NCBI RefSeq assembly: GCF_028641065.1
Contig: NC_073379.1
Span: 16,926,001-16,990,000, forward strand
DNA length: 64,000 nucleotides
Reading direction: 5' to 3'
Source of the DNA: Leucoraja erinacea
Taxonomy: Eukaryota
Under the pieces are notes generated by a model, which worked only from the letters and a program-made list of their open reading frames with translations, was not told the origin of the DNA and made no database searches. Position numbers and translations under genes: made by a program. How positions within the stretch are numbered: position 1 is the first letter of the stretch; every line of letters starts with the position of its first letter. Positions 37,560-49,012 of the stretch are shown one piece after another.

Positions 37560-38070
37560 TACAACAATAGACAATAGGTTCAGGAATAGGCCACTCGGCC
37601 CAACAAGCAAGCCGCCATTCAATTGATCACGGCTGATCATCCACAATCAGTACCCTGTTCCTGTCTTGTCCTATATCCCCTGACTCTGCTATCTTTAAGA
37701 GCCCTATCTAACTCTCTCTTGAAAGTACTCAGAGAACCGGCCTCCACCGCCCTCTGAGAATTCCACACTCACAACTCTCTGGGTGAAGAAGTGTTTCCTC
37801 ATTTCCGTTCTAAATTCCTTACCCCTTATTCTTAAACTGTGGCCCCTGGTTCTGGACTCCCCCAACATCGGGAACATTTCCTGCCTCTAGCTTATCCAAA
37901 CCCTTAATAATCTTATAATGTTTCAATAAGATTCCCTCTCATCCTTCTAAACTCCAGAGTGTACAAGCCCAGCCGCTCCATTCTCTCAACAGTCCCGCCA
38001 TCCCGGGAATTAACCTTGTGAACTACGCTGCATTTCCTCAATAGCAAGAATGTCCGTCCTCAAATTTGGA
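37560..38070 (-). mobile_element. CR1/HER1 LINE 3' portion (antisense to the 36400 copy)
   Basis: Reverse complement closely matches 36500-36980 (ggggagtccagaaccagggg, gagagagttagatagggctcttaaagatag). Confidence 0.85.
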
Positions 38071-38256
38071 AATTTTATAAACGGTATCAAACATTGGCGA
38101 GGCCACGCGTCCAGTCTAGTCTTCACGTTGTAGGATGCAATTACATTGGAGAGGGTGCAGAGGAAATTGACGGGATTTTATCTGGGATGGGTTATTTCAG
38201 TTGTGAGGAGAGACTGGATAGGTTAGGTTTGCTTTCCATAGAACAGGGAGGATTAC

Positions 38257-38405
38257 CTGAGGCAGCGGGTTTGCTGGTTGACAGTGTAGTCCTCCTACAA
38301 ATACGAAATTGGGCAGAAATGGGCGAGGAAATTCAAAGTCCCAATATGTTCGAATCAGCCAAATGTCCGCCTTGCCCATTGTCTCACAGAGCGTTGTTGG
38401 TTCAC
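38257..38405 (-). CDS. UGT2A: UGT2A-like constant exon 2
   Basis: 149 nt (the UGT2-specific exon, absent as a separate exon in UGT1); (G)[49 protein letters not shown]; phase-1 acceptor. Confidence 0.96.
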
Positions 38406-38909
38406 CTAATGTAAACAGTAATAGAACAAGCAGGATTAATTTGAACTCATTAATATGTGTACTATAGATTACTTCCAAGATTCCAAATATGAGTAGCATT
38501 GGTTGCAGAAAAACTTAATAATTATTACAATTTTCTCCACAGCTCAGGGTTCCCATTGAAACACCTTACTATGAAGACTCAACCAAGGAAGCCAAACGAC
38601 ACATTGGCTCCATGCCTGCTCCAAAGATGAATCCTGCCCACTTGTTGCCTCCTGCTGCGGGTCATATCTCTATTTCTAATTCTCCTTTTAAATGTGACTA
38701 TCACATCTGTCACGATCACAGTCTTTTTCAAAGCACTCGTTTATCAATCCTCCCAAGTTATTCTTAGTGGTTAAGAAGGAACTGCAGATGCTGGAAAATC
38801 GAAGGTAGACAAAAATGCTGGAGGAACTCCGCGGGTGAGGCAGCATCTCTGAAGAACATGGATAGATGAGATGACGTTTCACAGAGTGCTGGAGTAACTC
38901 AGCGGGTCA

Positions 38910-39085
38910 GGTCAAGCCTGTTGCACCGTTGAGGTCTTGGTTGGATTGCTCTTTGTCAGAGTCCTCCCCCTCGACCTTACCGCCATGGGTGGCCCTATCA
39001 GGAGCGTAGCTCCAGACGACATCGCTCTCAGGATCCCAGCTTCACTCAAGCTTCTCCACCACGACAAGGTGACTATCCACGGAGA
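38910..39085 (-). mobile_element. RTE-type retroelement 5' end with HDV-like ribozyme motif
   Basis: Minus strand reads tctccgtggatagtcaccttgtcgtggtggagaagc...gagcgatgtcgtctggagc...agggccacccatggc, typical of RTE 5' termini. Confidence 0.55.
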
Positions 39086-39783
39086 TCTCTGAACTAAACT
39101 TCACACAGTATCTCAAAACTGAACTAAACTTGAAGATTATTCAAAGTTACTGCTAAAAGTTATCTTCAATTGTGAATATTAACTCTCCTTCTCTGTTGCA
39201 TTCCTCATTGCCATTCTACCACAGTGTGATTTCGCTTGTCAATGCATTTTGTTTTTGCTTTAGGCAAATTGGATTTCCCTTGAAATTGAAGCCAGCTTTA
39301 ACTTTGTTTACTGGAGCCACCTTGTGGCATTTCTTTCATAGAAACATAGAAAATATGTGCAGGAGTAGGCCATTCGGCCCTTCGAGCCCGAACCGCCATT
39401 CAATATGATCATGGCTGATCATCCAAGTGACCAAATCTAAAAAGTAAAGGAGAGATGTAAATAGCAGGGGGGGGAAAGGAGAAATGGCTAGAGATGGAGA
39501 TCGAATGTGTAGCAAGGAACTGCAGATGCTGGTTCAAACCGAAGATAGACACAAAAAGCTGGAGTAACTCAGTGGGACAGGCAGCATCTCTGGAGAAAAG
39601 GAATGGGCGATGTTTCGGGTCAAGACCCTTCTTCAGACCGAAAAGTCTTTCAGTCCGACCCGCTGAGTTCCTCCAGCATTTTGTTTCTCTCTTCTATGAG
39701 AATCATTAACAATGAATATTTTGTGATTTTGCTGGAACTCATTGAGGGAACTTGGTATGAAGGAGCGACAGTGTACAATTCAC

Positions 39784-41196
39784 CTAAAGCTTTGATGTAG
39801 TACAAGTCCCAGTCACACCAGAACTGTTTACGAATCCAACTATAGGGGAAGGTGTAAAGAACGTTTCGCATTCTCTCAGTAAAATACATCTTATCAGAAA
39901 ACGCAGACAGTGCGGTGGGGAGATAGGGGAGAGGGGCTGGGATCTGTCCACAGAGTCGTTCCACTGCTAATCCCGGGGGAATGTCAGAGAGAAGACAAAG
40001 GGAATTTCCAGCTCCAGAGCCAGGAGATACCTGCAGCGAAGCATGGGGCCAGAGAGCATGACTTTGAGCTCCGATTCCCGCAAATTCTGCACCAGTTTGT
40101 CGTTCTTAACGATCCGGTCACAGACCCCTCGGGTCAATAGTTCCATTTGTCACGATCGATGAGAACCTCCTGTAAGCATCCCAATAACACAGGTGAGACT
40201 TCCCATGCATCCAGAATGAGAAGCCTCCCTCTTGAATTCAACGTATGCCACGCTGGCAAAAGGCACTTGAAACACTTGGAAGTTTACCGGTGAAAGCTCA
40301 AGGGCCTGTCCCACTTTGGGCGTCATTTGCGTGCCATTTACGCGCCATCCTAAAAATTGGTTGTCACGTTGTGATGCCCGCATGGCGGTGGTGAGGCGTA
40401 GTGGCGTATGAAGTGACGCGCGGTAATGTGCGGCTCACCACGAGTTTGGAATGCTCAAAATCCTTGCGCACCACCTGCGTGACGTGTCCCTTGCACACGC
40501 TGATGTACTGACACCGTATGCGTAGCGTGTGGTGATGCATGGTTACGCACAGTGACGCACAAACATTGCCTATGCTAATTTCTTAAGCGTCACCGTGCAT
40601 CAACGTCAGTAACCATGCGCCGACTGTACGTCGTCAACACGCCATTTGCTAGTCATTTGAGCGCCGCACCACGTGACCACCCGGGTATAAAGTGCGCGTA
40701 GTTTTGAAATTTTTTCACAGTATCTTTGATTTTCACTGGGAAAATCCTTGCCATGGAGATCAGACTAAGTACGAACGACATCACAAATGACTCTCAAAAG
40801 AAGCAGGGCCCTCAAGAGCACTTGACGGCAGTCACTAACGGTCTGTCGCATAAATGACGCGCAAATGACGCCCATGTGGCAAGGCCTTTCAGTGTGGTTG
40901 ATGTCAAGTGCAGTTTAATGAACCACAGCAGTGATACTGGAGAGAAGGAATGGGTGACGTTCCGGGTCGAGAGCGGGGAAGGCTTCAAGAAGACCCAATC
41001 TGAAGGAGGGTCGCAGCCCGAAACGTCACCCATGCCTTCTCTCCAGAGATGCTGCCTGTCCGGCTGAGTTACTCCAGCATTTTGTGTCCATCTTTGGTTT
41101 AAGCCAGCATCTGCAGTTCCTTCTTACAGTAACACTGTGGCCCCTCGCCAGCAGAGTGTTAATGATGGGTTTCAAGTTAATCCAGTGGCTGCCCTC
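39784..41196 (-). pseudogene. UGT2A-like variable exon 1 pseudo-exon disrupted by TE insertions
   Basis: EGSHWINLKPIINTLLARGHSVTV (41125-41196), SPVNFQVFQVPF (about 40260-40297), ERLCGQIPAPLPYLP...YYIKALG|gtgaat (donor intact at 39784). Contains stops and frameshifts, a MITE at 40301-40888 and Penelope pLTRs at about 40937-41125; a CR1 abuts the 5' end. Confidence 0.88.
40301..40888. mobile_element. PIF/Harbinger-like MITE inserted in the UGT pseudo-exon
   Basis: agggcctgtcccactttgggcgtcatttgcg ... cgcaaatgacgcccatgtggcaaggcctt; TCA TSD at 40298-40300 and 40889-40891. Confidence 0.8.
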
Positions 41197-41650
41197 CCCT
41201 TTAAGACCTCTATCTAACTCTCTCTTGAAAGTATCCAGAGAACCGGCCTCCACTGCCCTCTGAGGCAGAGAATTCCACTGACTCACAACTCTCTGTGAAA
41301 AAAAGTGTTTCCTCGTCTCCGTTCTAAATAGCTTACCCCTTATTCTTAAACTGTGGCCGCTGGTTCTGGACTCCCCCAACATCGGGAACATGTTTCCTGC
41401 CTCTAGCGTGTCCAAACCTTTAATAATCTTATTTGTTTCAATAAGATCCCATCCCATCCTTCTAAACTCCAGAATATACAAGCCCAGCCGCTCCATTCTT
41501 TCATCATATGACAGTCCCGCCATCCCGGGAATTAACCTCGTAAACCTACGCTGTACTCCCTCAGTCCCTCAATAGCAAGAATTTCCTTCCTCAAATTAGG
41601 GGACCAAAACTGCACACCAGGTGTGGTCTCACTAGGGCTCTGTACAACTG
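41197..41650 (-). mobile_element. CR1/HER1 LINE fragment
   Basis: MAGLSYDERMERLGLYILEFRRM..DLIETNKIIKGLDTLEAGNMFP...WNSLPQRAVEAGSLDTFKRELD. Confidence 0.88.
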
Positions 41651-43214
41651 CAGAAGGAGTTTCCGAGTGATCCAGTTTCTTCCCACTCTCCTAACACGTA
41701 CAGATTTGTAGGTTAATTGGCTTCTGTGTAGGATACTGTACTGTGCTAGTGTGCGGGTTGATCGCTGGTCAGCGTGCACTCGTGGGACAAAGGGCATGTT
41801 CCCACACTGTATCTTTATGAAGTCTGAAGCTCACAAACTTCAATGGTCAGCATAAAAAAGAGAAAGCAAATGAAAAATCCTGGACTGGATTACGAAATAT
41901 AAGGACGAGGGGAGAAAAAAATGAAAACACCGGAGTGGAAAAGCACTGGGCTAGAACGGGTTTAGGGTTATAGTTGTCAAGTGTACCAGGGTATAGTGAA
42001 AAGCTATGTCTTGCATGCTCCCCACTCAAATCAGATCATACTGCACATAAATGCAATCACGCCAAACTCAAGGACAATACGTCGAGGATACAAAATGCTG
42101 GAGTAACTCAACAGGTCAGGCAGCATCTCTGGAGAACGATACAATACGATACGATAGAACTTTATTTATTCCAGGAGGCAAATTAATCTGCCAACAGTCA
42201 TAAAAACACAAAATTCCTGAAACATGAAATTAAAGTGAAGAGTGGAAAGTCCAGGATTCGGGATGTGCAAAGATTGGGGAGGAGGAGGGGGGGGGTGTCA
42301 GTCTATCCCACGACACAAGGGTGAGGAGTTGTACAGTTTGATAGCCACCGAGAAGAAGGATCTCCTGTTGCGTTCTGTGCTACATCTTGGTGGAACCCGT
42401 CTGTTGCTGAAAGTGCTCCTCAGGCTGACCAGTGTGGCATGAATGGAATAAGGATGGGTGACATTCCTGGTCGGGATCCTCTTCAGTCTGAAGATTTTTA
42501 TTCAGCATAAAACACCCGAAAATTTGACACCAATTCAACCACTAGCTTTTTCCAGTTATAGATTTAAGCCACACACTGGTTCCACACTCAAAACGGCTAC
42601 GTTTGACTTCGATCATGACATGACACTGCTGAAGAATGTCACAGCTAATCGGTACAACAGCATCTGCAGTTCCTTCCCACACATTTCGTCTGCTCCACCG
42701 TGAAATCTCCTCAAGATGTGTCTACTTTGAAGAGGTTCTCCTCCTCTCTCCGATGAGAGTTCTGCACCATCCTCGCTCGCTGCTGCCCCTCTGTGATTCC
42801 TCCTGCTCCCCGACTCTACCACCCCTTTATCATCATTACTTTTTTGCATATCTTTCATTCAGTGTTCTTTGTTTCTCAGCATCACCTATATCTCTTGTTT
42901 CCCTTATCCCTAACCAGTCTGAGGAAGGGTCTTGACCCGAAACGTCACCCATTCCTTCTCACCAAAGATGCTGCCTGTCCCGCTGAGTTACTCCAGCTTT
43001 TTGTGACTACCTTCAGATAAACTTAACTCAGGTAGTAGTTTTACGAATTCCCATTCAGAATGTCCCCATTAAAGAAAATGTTGAGAAGAGTTAATCGCTG
43101 TTCTATATCATGGCTTTGGATGTATTTTAAATCTGAGATATGGTTTTTAAAAACTTTATTTCATTTGCTCTCTTATTTCCAGGATTCACTTCATATATTG
43201 TAAGATTTTCTGTT

Positions 43215-43517
43215 GGAGATACAGCACGGAAACAGGCCCTTTGGCCCACCGAGACCACGCAGACCATTGATTACCTGCACACTAGTCCCATGCTATCCCA
43301 CTTTTGCATCCTACGCACAAGGGACAATTTACAGAAGCCAATTAACCGACAATCCTGCACCTCTCCCTGGAATATGGGAAGAAACCGGAGCAACCGGAGA
43401 AAAACGCATGCGGTCACAGGGAGAACGTACACACAGACAGCACCCGTGGTCAGGATTGAACCCAGGTCACTGGTGATGTGAGGCAGCCACTCTACCGCTG
43501 CGCCACTGTGCTGCCCG
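43215..43517 (-). mobile_element. HE1-like V-SINE
   Basis: Reverse complement begins gggcagcacagtggcgcagcggtagagtggctgcctcac...gggttcaatcctgacc. Confidence 0.8.
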
Positions 43518-45260
43518 ATCTCTTGTCAATACGACAGGCAAATAAAGATATAGATCAAAGATGTTGCATGTTGAGTCATACAGCACAGAAACAGCTCCTT
43601 CGGCCCAACCCGTCCATGCCAACTAAGATGCCTATGTAAGCTAGTCCCATTTGCCAACATTTGTCCCATATCCCGCTAAACCTTTCCTATCCATGTACTG
43701 TACCAGTCCAAATGTCTTTTAAATGCTATTATAGTACCTGGCTTAACTAATTCCTCTGACAGCTCATATCATGCACCCACCAGTCTCTGTGCAAAAGTGC
43801 CACTCAGGTTCCCGTTAAATCTTGCCCCTCCCACCTCAAAGCCTCTGGTTTTTGATTTTCCTACCTCGGGTAAAGACCGGTCAAGTTGCTGCAGTGTCTT
43901 CTTCGATTTATTAACTCTGTGACCAAAATAATTGTCAAAATGCAGGGGCCATCTTGGCACATGGGCACGCTGGGCAGTTGCTCTTTGCCCGGGGCCTATA
44001 ATGAATGCTGTTAAGACGGCACTGAGACTCTGTGCATTCACCTCATCAATTCCGCTCAGGATTGGCGCGAATAATTCAAAGCCATTCAACGAGTGATAAA
44101 GCGGAAAATATATGGGACTAAAATATTGTTAATAAGTAACGGCAACCAATAATATGACTTTAGCTTGAAATTCCTGGGCGTGCCTATCTCTGAAGATCTG
44201 TCATGGACTCAGCACAATGGTAAAATCCATAAAGAAAGCTCATTACTGCCTCTATTTCCTCAGAAGATTGCGGAGATTTAATTATGTCATTGAATGCTTT
44301 CTTGAACTTCTACAGGTGTGCAGTAGAGAACATATTGACTTGTTGCTCCAGGCCATTCAGATTTAGCAACTCGAATGCCCAAGAATGAAGAAGATTGCAA
44401 AAAGTGGTGAACACCAACCGGTCAATCACATGTGCTGACTTCCCCACCATGGAAGGGACCTACAAGAGTCACAGAGTCACAGAGTGATACAGTGTGAAAA
44501 CAGGCCCTTCAGCCCAACATATCCCAGATAGACTAGTCACACCTCATAAGTTTCATGAGGTTCATTTATTGTCACATACACCAATTGGTGTAGTGAAATT
44601 TCACTGGCCAGGTCAGTCATACAATTTTAAAAAGCAACAGGCTCAAAAAACCCATTTTAACATAAACATCCATCATCAAGGACCCGCACAGCTCTGGCAA
44701 CGCTCTACTTCAACCCTGCCATCATGTAGAAGTCTGAAAACTTTAACGTCCAGGTTCAGGAACAGCTTCTTCTCTACCACCATCAGAACATTAAACACTA
44801 CAACCTCCAAATACATATTGCATACACTGGGGGCTATTGCTTGTTTCTCTGCACTATTATTGTTTGCTTTTTCTACTGAACTTTTTTTGTTGTTTATTAT
44901 GGGTGCTTACAGAGTACTATTTTTACACATCTGTTGTGCTGCTGCAGGTAAGAATTTAACTGTTCCGTTAAAGAGCATATGACAATAAATGGATCTTGAC
45001 TCTTATAAATGATTGAGAATTAACAGATGGGCTCACTGTTAAAGACCATGTTAAGTGCATCTTCCAAAGACGACTGTGACTTGAAGAGACAATCTGAACA
45101 AGTTTGTTCAAAGAATGGAACTAAAAGCATGTAAAACAAAAACAAACTTCAAGTGGGGAACAACTCTGACAAACGAGATTGGACTGATTCCAGAACCCCT
45201 GTATCCAAAGAGTGCATGCAATCTTCCACACCAAGGAAGATACTGAAACATTTCCAACAT

Positions 45261-45565
45261 GGGCAGCACGGTGGCGCACTGGTAGAGTTGCTGCCTTACA
45301 GTGCTTTCAGAGCCAAAGACCAAAGTTCGATCCTGACTATGGATGTTGTCTGTACAGAGTTTGTACGTTCTCCCCGTGACCTGCATGGGTTTGCTCCAAG
45401 ACTCCAAAGATGTACTGCTTTGTAGGTTAATTGGCTTTCTATCAATGTAAATTGTCCCTAGTGTGTGTAAGATAGTGCTAATATGCAGGGATCGCTGGTG
45501 GGCGTGGGCTCAGTGGGCCGAAGGGCCTGTTTCCTCACTGTATCTCTAAACTAAACTCAACTAAA
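45261..45565 (+). mobile_element. HE1-like V-SINE
   Basis: gggcagcacggtggcgcactggtagagttgctgcc ... gggccgaagggcctgtttcc...ctctaaactaaac. Confidence 0.8.
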
Positions 45566-46908
45566 TTCTGAGATACACAAAAATGCTGGAGCAGCAGCAT
45601 CTATGGAGTGAAGGAAATAGGCAACGTTTCAGGCCTAAACCTGGCCACTAAATTCTGCACTGATGAACAACAAAATCAAGTATTTGCATTTCTGCAGTGC
45701 CATTCGTAAGTTCTTGAGTTCTAGGAGCAGAATTAGGCCATTCGGCCCATTCAATTATGGCTGATCCAGCTATTAATGACGGAAAAGATCTCAATGCCTT
45801 CAAGTAAATGGTAATTATTTGGCATTGATGTTGAACGCACACATCTTTCCCTCCACGATGGAATCAAGAACAAGAGAGCACAGGTTTAAGGCGAGAGGGA
45901 AACCATTTAATAGGAGTCTGCAAAACTATCGGACTTTGCGGCTTTGCCTTGCACTAAAAACGTTATTCCTTTAACGTGTAAACTGCAAATGGATTGATTG
46001 TAATCATGTATTAGGGATAGACACAACATGTCGGAGTAACTCCGCGGGTGAGGCAGCATCTATGGAGAGAAGGAATTGGCGACGTTTCGGGTCGAGACTC
46101 TTCTTCAGACTTTCTGTTGTCTGGTTAGCATGCGACAAAAAGCTTTTCGAGGTACACGTGACATTAAACTAAAATGAAATGTCACCTAACTATCCAGAGA
46201 TACTAAAGTTTGAAAACTTTTTTATTGCATGCATACGTGTGTCTATTATTTCAATTGAAATATAAACAAGCAGGTTAGTGCACCTTGTGCATTCATATCA
46301 TTAAAAATAGTGTCAGTCCTTTAATACTTTTACTACTGTATTCTACTTTCTAGTAGAGATGGCTGTCATTATTTAGGTTAAAATAACTCATGCCAAAAAT
46401 TCAATCACATGCCACCTTTTTAAGCAACTCCATCACCTACATACCCACAAGAATGCAGCCAGCTAATCAAATATTTAATAAATAAATTAGTATAAATGTA
46501 TCCCTCCATTTCAGGCAACATCTCCTTTTGCACTCGTGCGGGAAGGAACTGCAGATGCTGGGTTACACCGAAGATAGACGCAAAATGCTGGAGTAACTCA
46601 GCGGGACAGGCAACATCTCTGGAGAGAAGGAACAGGTGACGTTCCGGGTCGAGACCTTTCTTTGGACTGAGAGTCGGGCGCGAGGGAGTTACAGAGATAT
46701 GGAAGTGTAAGAGATGAAAAGAGATGCAGATGAAGGAAAATGTGGAAAGCAGTCTTCTGCATTCTTTCTATGTCCACCACGTCCGACCTGTGGTTCGGTG
46801 AGCAGTGGGCGCAATACACCGGGTGCAATCTGAGCAATGTTTTGACCAACTGCAACATGACAATCCACTCTTATACTCAATATCGCAGCCGACAAAGGCA
46901 GCATTCTT

Positions 46909-47428
46909 ACACAGAAAAGCTGGAGAAACTCAGCGGGTGCAGCAGCATCTATGGAGCGAAGGAAATAGGCAACGTTTCGGGCCGAAACCCTTCTTCAGAC
47001 TGATCGGGGGTGGGGGTGGGTGGGGACAAGAAAGGGAAAAGGAGGAGTAGCCAGAAGGCTGGAGGGTGGGAGGAGACAGCAGGGGAGCTGAGGAAGGGGA
47101 GGAGACAGCAAGGACTAACAGAATTGGGAGAATTCGATGTTCATGCCCCGGGGGTGTAGACTCCCCAAACGGAATATGAGGTGCTGTTCCTCCAATTTCC
47201 GGTGCTGCTCGCTGTGGCCATGGAGGAGACCCAGGACAGAGAGGTCGGAGGCGGAGTGGGAGGGGGAGTTGAAGTGCTGAGCCACCGGGACCCCGATCAG
47301 TCTGAAGAAGGGTTTCGGCCCGAAACGTTGCCTATTTCCTTCGCTCCATAGATGCTGCTGCACCCGCTGAGTTTCTCCAGCTTTTCTGTGTAACCTTCGA
47401 TTCTCCAGCATCTGCAGTTCCCTCTTAA
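46909..47428 (-). mobile_element. Young Penelope-like insertion with inverted pLTRs
   Basis: About 100-bp essentially perfect inverted repeat (46907-47009 vs 47291-47393); GIY-YIG tail PVAQHFNSPSHSASDLSVLGLL...FRLGSLHPRGMNIEFSQFC; perfect 17-bp TSD acaaaggcagcattctt (46892-46908 and 47429-47445). Confidence 0.9.
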
Positions 47429-48303
47429 ACAAAGGCAGCATTCTTCTTCACTATGCCCAATCCGCTTGTGCTTTTCAAGGAGCGACTGCGTGAACTTGAC
47501 CCTCGGGGTCCCTGTCTGGGCGGCACAGTGGTGCAGTGGTAATGCTGCTTGCTGCCCCACAGCTCCCAGAGACCCAGGTTCGATCCCGACCTCGGGTGCT
47601 GTCTGTACGGCGTTTGTACGTTCTCCCCGTGACGTGTAGGAAGGAAATGCAGCTGCTGGTGGTCTACACCGTAGACACAAAATGCTGGAGTAACTAGGCG
47701 GGGCAGGCAACATCTCTGGAGAGAAGGAATGGTTGACGTTTCAGGTCGAGATCCTTCTTCAGTCTGTGAAGTATCTCGACCCGAAACGTCGCCCATTCCT
47801 TCTCTCCAGTAATGCTGCCTCACCCGTTGAGTTACTCTTGGTTTGTTTTTGTCTATTTCCTTGTGACCTGCGTGGGTTTTCTTCGAGTGCTCCGGTTTCC
47901 TCCCACATTGCAAAGACGTGTAGGTTTGTCGGCTGTAGAACTGCAGGAGTAGCCCAGCAGGTCAGGTCTCTGGAAGACATGGATAGGTGACGCTTCGGGT
48001 CGAGACCTTTCTTCAGACCTACCCATGTTCTCCCGAGATGCTGCCTGACCTGCTGAGTTTCTCCAGCACTTTACGTCCTTACAGGCTTGAAGATTAATTG
48101 GCGTCTACAAGTTGCCTCGAACGTGCAAGGGGCGGAGTGGGTGAGAAAGTGCGGGGACGGAGAACTAGTGCGAACTGTTGATCGCTGGACGGCGTAGACT
48201 CGGTGGGGCGAAGGGCCTGTTTCCACGCTGTATCTCTAAACTAAATTAAAAATGAAAACCAAACGTGTGCTGCCCACACAGTGGAATGAGCCAAACCACC
48301 TAC

Positions 48304-49012
48304 CTGAAGCCTCGCTGTAATAAGCATCCCAATCTCCCCAGGACCGCAGGAACACCCAGTCGTACATGAAGGAGTAGAGCAGATTCTGAGACCTCTCGAC
48401 GAAGGACATCTTGTCGGACAACTCTGACAGAATGACTGGGACATAGGAGGGCGGGGTTGGCATCTGTCCACAGTGTCTCTCCAACGTAAAGCCCGGGGAG
48501 AACCGCAGGGTGAAGACGAGGGGGACCCCAAGCTTCAAAGCCAGGAGATCCCCGCACACCTGCACTGGGTCAGAGAGCAGGACCTTGAACTTGGCCTCCC
48601 GTAGTCTCTGCACCAGCTCCTCGTTCTTCAGTATCCCGTCGCACACCTGCATGCCCAGCTCCCTCCCCTTGGCCATCAGCGCCGAAAACACCCTGTACCT
48701 GCCCCAAAAGGACAAGTCCGGTGCCTGGTAAAGGGAGACGTCCAGCCAGTTGTTCAAAAAGGCCTCCGTGGTCTCGTGTGTAAACGGCACTTGGAACACT
48801 TCCAACTTCATGGCCGAGGACTCGGAGTTGTTTACAAACAGCGAGGCTGAATTCACGACCACTGTGACATCGTGGCCCCTCGCCATCAACCCGGCAATTA
48901 TGTACTTCAAGTTAATCCAGTGGCTTCCTTCTGTCGGCCAGATCAACACGTTCTCCCCAGCGACCCCGGGCAGGGTGAGATACATCACCAACAGCAGATG
49001 CCTGGCATGCAT
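48304..49012 (-). CDS. UGT2A: UGT2A-like variable exon 1, type A copy 1 (intact)
   Basis: ATG at 49012 (MHARHLLLVMYLTLPGVAG signal peptide), ENVLIWPTEGSHW (catalytic His), KVLLSDPV (catalytic Asp), YYSEASG|gtaggt. 709 nt, phase 1, matches exon 2. Confidence 0.92.
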
